Source: Candidatus Eiseniibacteriota bacterium (GTDB lineage Bacteria; Eisenbacteria; RBG-16-71-46; CAZAMP01). Taken from it: DNA of 64,000 bases. The position numbers and the translations under genes were made by a program. Below are positions 61,201-64,000 of this stretch, piece by piece. Numbering within the stretch: position 1 is the first letter of the stretch; each line of letters starts with the position of its first letter. Under the pieces are notes generated by a model, which saw only the letters and a program-made list of their open reading frames with translations, was not told where the DNA came from and did not search any database. Where the stretch lies: contig OZ245046.1 in the NCBI GenBank assembly GCA_965224245.1, positions 1,376,001-1,440,000 on the forward strand, read 5' to 3'.

Positions 61201-61692
61201 GGGGGGCTGGGCTTCGAGAAGACCGTCGTCGAGTACGGCGCGTTTCCGACCGACCCGTACTCACACACGCCGGCCCATGCCGGAGCGCAGCAGCCGGGGA
61301 TGACCGGACAGGTGAAGGAGGAGATCCTGACCCGGTTCGGCGAGCTGGGGGTCGCGGTCGAGGGGGGGTGCGTCCGGTTCGCACCGCGCCTGCTTCGCGC
61401 CACCGAGTTCCGGCCCGAGGCCGGCACGTTCGCGTACGTGACGCGGAACGGGGCGCGGCGCGAGATCGACATGGCGGCCGAGTCGCTGGCCTTCACGTAC
61501 TGCCAGGTGCCGGTCGTCTACACGTGCTCGGCGGGCGCGGCCGCCATCCGGACCTCGAGCCCCGGGGCGGCATCGGTCGTCACGCCGGGCGACTTGCTCG
61601 ACGAGGCCACGAGCGCGTCGCTCCTCGGGCGGCGCGGGGAGATCGAGCAGATCGACGTGACCGTGCCTCGCCGCTCACTCGCCCGTTCGTGA
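58204..61692 (+). CDS. Glycoside phosphorylase, GH149-like (beta-1,3-glucan phosphorylase)
   Basis: GGLTAGR, RRHGDPSRPWN, YEGNWRDIFQNWE, NTQRPEWNDANNAL, YEGLGCIYWH, PTDPYSHTP; start uncertain. Confidence 0.8.
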   Translation: MTSGPTTPTGDLVSIDGETYYRISSSQNLAPFFMTIPSNTDLWMFITSRGGLTAGRVDADRSLFPYQTVDLLHDAHRHTGPITLIRVSIPGERDTVWEPFADVAPRSAPVHRCLYKNVVGNRVLFEETRPDLGLTFRYRWSACDAFGFVRTASLRAHGPDAASGTLVDGVRNVLPYGVPLALQQRASCLVDAYKRTDRIEDLPLAVFSLTAEILDRAEAAEQLRANVAWCHGLGTPAVSLSARSLESFRAGAAAARERVLTGQRGGFFVETPFALASGEHLEWDLVLDVGLGHVRLVELIGLIRESTDLDRRVRSALDHARDDLVRIVASADALQCTGHPVTDAHHVANVLYNTMRGGVFASDHDVPVDDFGDFLSTRNRRVRARSAEFLRTLPRTLSIEELRRVATRAHDPDLERLAFEYLPIGFGRRHGDPSRPWNRFAIQVKNSDGSPVLYYEGNWRDIFQNWEALALSFPDFLPNLIATFVNASTLDGFNPYRLTRDGIEWEIPDPDDPWSYIGYWGDHQIVYLLRLLEALGRTSPATLRRLLDRRIFAYADVPYRLRPYADILRDPHATIDYDHDRAARVDTRVAAVGSDGKLVTGTDGSVSLVTLLEKLLVPALSKLSNLVPDGGIWMNTQRPEWNDANNALVGNGLSMVTLFHLRRYLVFLDDLLADDTRPDPTPWRISAEVAEWMADVGAAISECRRALDRDDVHDAPETADVRDADRLRTLDALGEAFSRYRERVYVDGLSAPVDVTDATIRTVVRDAIAVIDHAIAASRRPDGLHHTYNLLSISTDDETASVRHLYEMLEGQVAALSSGALGVRECVELAKRMVTSRLYRPDQRSFLLYPERELPGFLDRNAVSAARVEAIGLLSALEAAGDVSLIERDGLGTHRFHPDLSNARDVSSVLDRLARSDLWRDGVTRDRARVLALFEDVFAHREFTGRSGTMYGYEGLGCIYWHMVAKLLLAIQEVVHRAIADGEPDDVVNDAIATYHRVRGGLGFEKTVVEYGAFPTDPYSHTPAHAGAQQPGMTGQVKEEILTRFGELGVAVEGGCVRFAPRLLRATEFRPEAGTFAYVTRNGARREIDMAAESLAFTYCQVPVVYTCSAGAAAIRTSSPGAASVVTPGDLLDEATSASLLGRRGEIEQIDVTVPRRSLARS

Positions 61693-61764
61693 GCGTCATG
61701 GGGCGGGCCAGGCTCGCTCCCGCGGCGGCGGGTCGGCTCCGATCGCGGCGGCGATCCTTCGAGC

Positions 61765-63555
61765 TCAGGGGCGGCGGACGAGCCGCATGGTGCGGCGATC
61801 ACCGCCGGCGTCGAGCCGGAGGAAATAGACACCCGGCCCGACCGGGTGGCCGGCCCCGTTCCGTCCATCCCACTCGACCGCGTGCGCACCTCGCGCGTGG
61901 GCCCCGATCGCGAGCGTGCGCACGAGCCGCCCGCGTGCGTCGTACACGACGAGTGACGCATCGCCGCCGGACGGGAGCTCGTAGCGGATTGCCGTCCGGG
62001 GCGAGAAGGGATTGGGGGCAGCGGGTCCCAGGACGTGCAGCGCCGTGACCGCGGGCGGTGAGTCGGACGCGAGGAGATCCTGGTTCTCGAACGACCAGCG
62101 ATCGGTTCGAAACGTCTGGACCCCGCCGGTCGGGCTCACGACCACGATCACGACTCCGATCAGCCGTCCGTTGCCGCCGGCGCTCACGGGAGTCGGGTCG
62201 AAGACGCCGTTCCCACCCCAGTGGTAGGAGTTGTCGTCGTAGAACTCGTCGATCGGGATCGAGACGCGCTGCCAGCCGCCTCCCGACACGGCACCGGGGC
62301 CGGTCGGACTCACCACGAAGTCGAACTGGAACTCGTCGTCTCCGCCGTCACCGACCGGGGGAATGCGGTCGTCACCATCGTCGTCGTCCTGAAGGTTCAG
62401 CTCCAGCGTGTAGCTCTGGTCCGCGTCGGGATTGATCCAGAACGAGAAGTGCGTCACGTCGGTCAGATCCACGGGAAGGGTGCGCCCGAAGACGCCGACG
62501 AAGCCCGCCGGGCCGCCCCATCCCGACTCCAGGGAAAAGCGACAGCCGTCGCCGGGCGGGAGATCCACGGCGCTGGCGCCGATGCCGCCACCGCCGCCGC
62601 CACCCTCACTCCACCAGCCGTTTCCGTAGGGGTCGCCGTGGTCCATGCCGTCGAACAGCACGCCGCGATCGGGGTGCTCGGGCTTCTGGTACACGCGCAC
62701 GTAGTCGATGACGTACTCCTGCGGGAACTCCGTCGTGTCGTCCGGTGGCCCGGGCAGATTTCCCCCGACGGCCATGTTCAGGAGCAGATGGAAGTCGTGG
62801 TCGAACGGAGCGGGGTAGGGGCCCCCCGAGGACGTCCAGAAGCTGTTGCACGCGTACTGGACGCCATCGACGTACCAGCGCATCTCGTGGGGCTCCCACT
62901 CCAGGGCGAACACGTGAAAGCCGTCGTCGAACGTGCCCTCGGGCAAGGTGTGGTCGGTGGTGGCGTAGCGGTGACCCGGGTCCCCGTAGTGCAGCGTGCC
63001 GAACGTGCGATCGGGGTCCTGTCCGAGATACTCCATGATGTCGATCTCGCCCGAGACCGGCCATCCGCCGTAGGGGCTGTCCGTGGGGAGCATCCAGAAC
63101 GCGGGCCAGATGCCCTGTCCGACCGGCAGCTTCGCTCGCATCTCGAAGCGTCCGGTCGTCCAGTCGCCGAGGCCCCGGGTGCGCAGCCGTGACGACGTGT
63201 AGTCGCGTCCGCCGAACGATTCTTCCTTCGCGGTGATCGTCAGGACGCCGTCGGCGACGGTCGAGTTCTCCGCGCGGTAGTACTGGAGCTCGTCGTTGCC
63301 CCATCCACAGAGGTCGGGGCACCCGGTTCCGATCTGGAACTCCCACTTCGTGGGATCGACCTCGGTGCCGTCCAACTCGTCGCTCCAGACGAGCGTGTAC
63401 TCGGCCGCCGAGTTGGACGCGCACAGGCCGAGCAGCGTGGCCGCGATCGCCATCGACCGAGCACGGGACCGGACGGCCACGCGCGACGCGGTGTGGACGG
63501 GCGTGGGACCGTCGCCGGCGGCCGAGGCCGCCGGCGGGGACGTCGGGACGATCAC
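61765..63555 (-). CDS. Secreted GH16 laminarinase-type glucanase with C-terminal FlgD-like domain
   Basis: LVWSDE, GWGNDELQYY, WPAFWM, GEIDIME, IDYVRVYQ; PNPF..WDGR. Confidence 0.92.
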   Translation of the reverse strand: MIVPTSPPAASAAGDGPTPVHTASRVAVRSRARSMAIAATLLGLCASNSAAEYTLVWSDELDGTEVDPTKWEFQIGTGCPDLCGWGNDELQYYRAENSTVADGVLTITAKEESFGGRDYTSSRLRTRGLGDWTTGRFEMRAKLPVGQGIWPAFWMLPTDSPYGGWPVSGEIDIMEYLGQDPDRTFGTLHYGDPGHRYATTDHTLPEGTFDDGFHVFALEWEPHEMRWYVDGVQYACNSFWTSSGGPYPAPFDHDFHLLLNMAVGGNLPGPPDDTTEFPQEYVIDYVRVYQKPEHPDRGVLFDGMDHGDPYGNGWWSEGGGGGGGIGASAVDLPPGDGCRFSLESGWGGPAGFVGVFGRTLPVDLTDVTHFSFWINPDADQSYTLELNLQDDDDGDDRIPPVGDGGDDEFQFDFVVSPTGPGAVSGGGWQRVSIPIDEFYDDNSYHWGGNGVFDPTPVSAGGNGRLIGVVIVVVSPTGGVQTFRTDRWSFENQDLLASDSPPAVTALHVLGPAAPNPFSPRTAIRYELPSGGDASLVVYDARGRLVRTLAIGAHARGAHAVEWDGRNGAGHPVGPGVYFLRLDAGGDRRTMRLVRRP

Positions 63556-64000
63556 GGGGTCAGCACCATCCGGCGGGACTCGCGCCCGGAGGACGTCGTG
63601 AGCACGTACCGGTAAACGCCGGCCGCCGCCGGCAGGCCCCGGCTCGTGATGCCGTCCCAGCTCACCGCGTGGCGCCCCGCGACGCGGGTGCCCGAGACGA
63701 GCGTGGCCACGCGCCGCCCGAACACGTCGTACACGCCGAGATCGACGACGTCCGCGCGCTCGAGCACGAACGTGATGCGCGTGGTCGGGTTGAACGGGTT
63801 CGGCGTGTTCTGATGGAGTGTGATCGCACCGGGACCGGTACTCGCGTCCACGCCGAGCGGCGTCGACAGACCGAAGAACACGTCGTCGAACCAGATCGCG
63901 CCGCTCTCCTCGAGCGGCGAGATGAAGAGCAGATACGCCTGCACCTGGACGGTGCCCACCGGCGCCGCCGCGCTCACGCTGCTCTCGGTCCAGGTTCCGG
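63552..64000 (-). CDS. C-terminus of a FlgD-domain secreted protein (truncated by window edge)
   Basis: WFDDV, LHQNTPNPFNPTTRI.F, WDG, AGVY. Confidence 0.85.
   Translation of the reverse strand, partial: GTWTESSVSAAAPVGTVQVQAYLLFISPLEESGAIWFDDVFFGLSTPLGVDASTGPGAITLHQNTPNPFNPTTRITFVLERADVVDLGVYDVFGRRVATLVSGTRVAGRHAVSWDGITSRGLPAAAGVYRYVLTTSSGRESRRMVLTP

Overview
High-GC bacterial chromosome window. The FlgD-Ig-like C-terminal domains and a 'SW..IK..YR' tail suggest an FCB-group lineage such as Eisenbacteria or Krumholzibacteria (inference). 1-29 kb is a co-directional housekeeping block: CCA-adding enzyme, M23 peptidase, prenyltransferases, rsfS, purM, tRNA-Val, L20 leader with infC-rpmI-rplT, pheST, zapB-like and zapA, 6S RNA, rny, ymdB, folD, xseAB, nadK, recN and trpEGDCFB without trpA. 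It also hides a degenerate ArgRS-like gene and an unannotated 20-aa peptide ORF. 31.07-41.99 kb is an ~10.9-kb element integrated at tRNA-Arg(CCG) and bounded by a 16-bp direct repeat. It carries a frameshifted integrase, a second intact tyrosine recombinase with a candidate res site, a ParB-C-like protein, a DUF4258/MqsA-like TA pair, a 30-aa sORF, secreted cargo, an iteron-rich ori and an AAA_25 helicase. 46-56 kb is a multiheme electron-transfer cluster: c554, an ImcH/NapC-like cytochrome, an MtrAB-like porin-cytochrome pair, and Rieske/cytochrome b with an 11-heme cytochrome. 56-64 kb is a beta-1,3-glucan cluster (two GH16 enzymes and a GH149-like phosphorylase). Family assignments come from motif recognition by eye; no searches were run.
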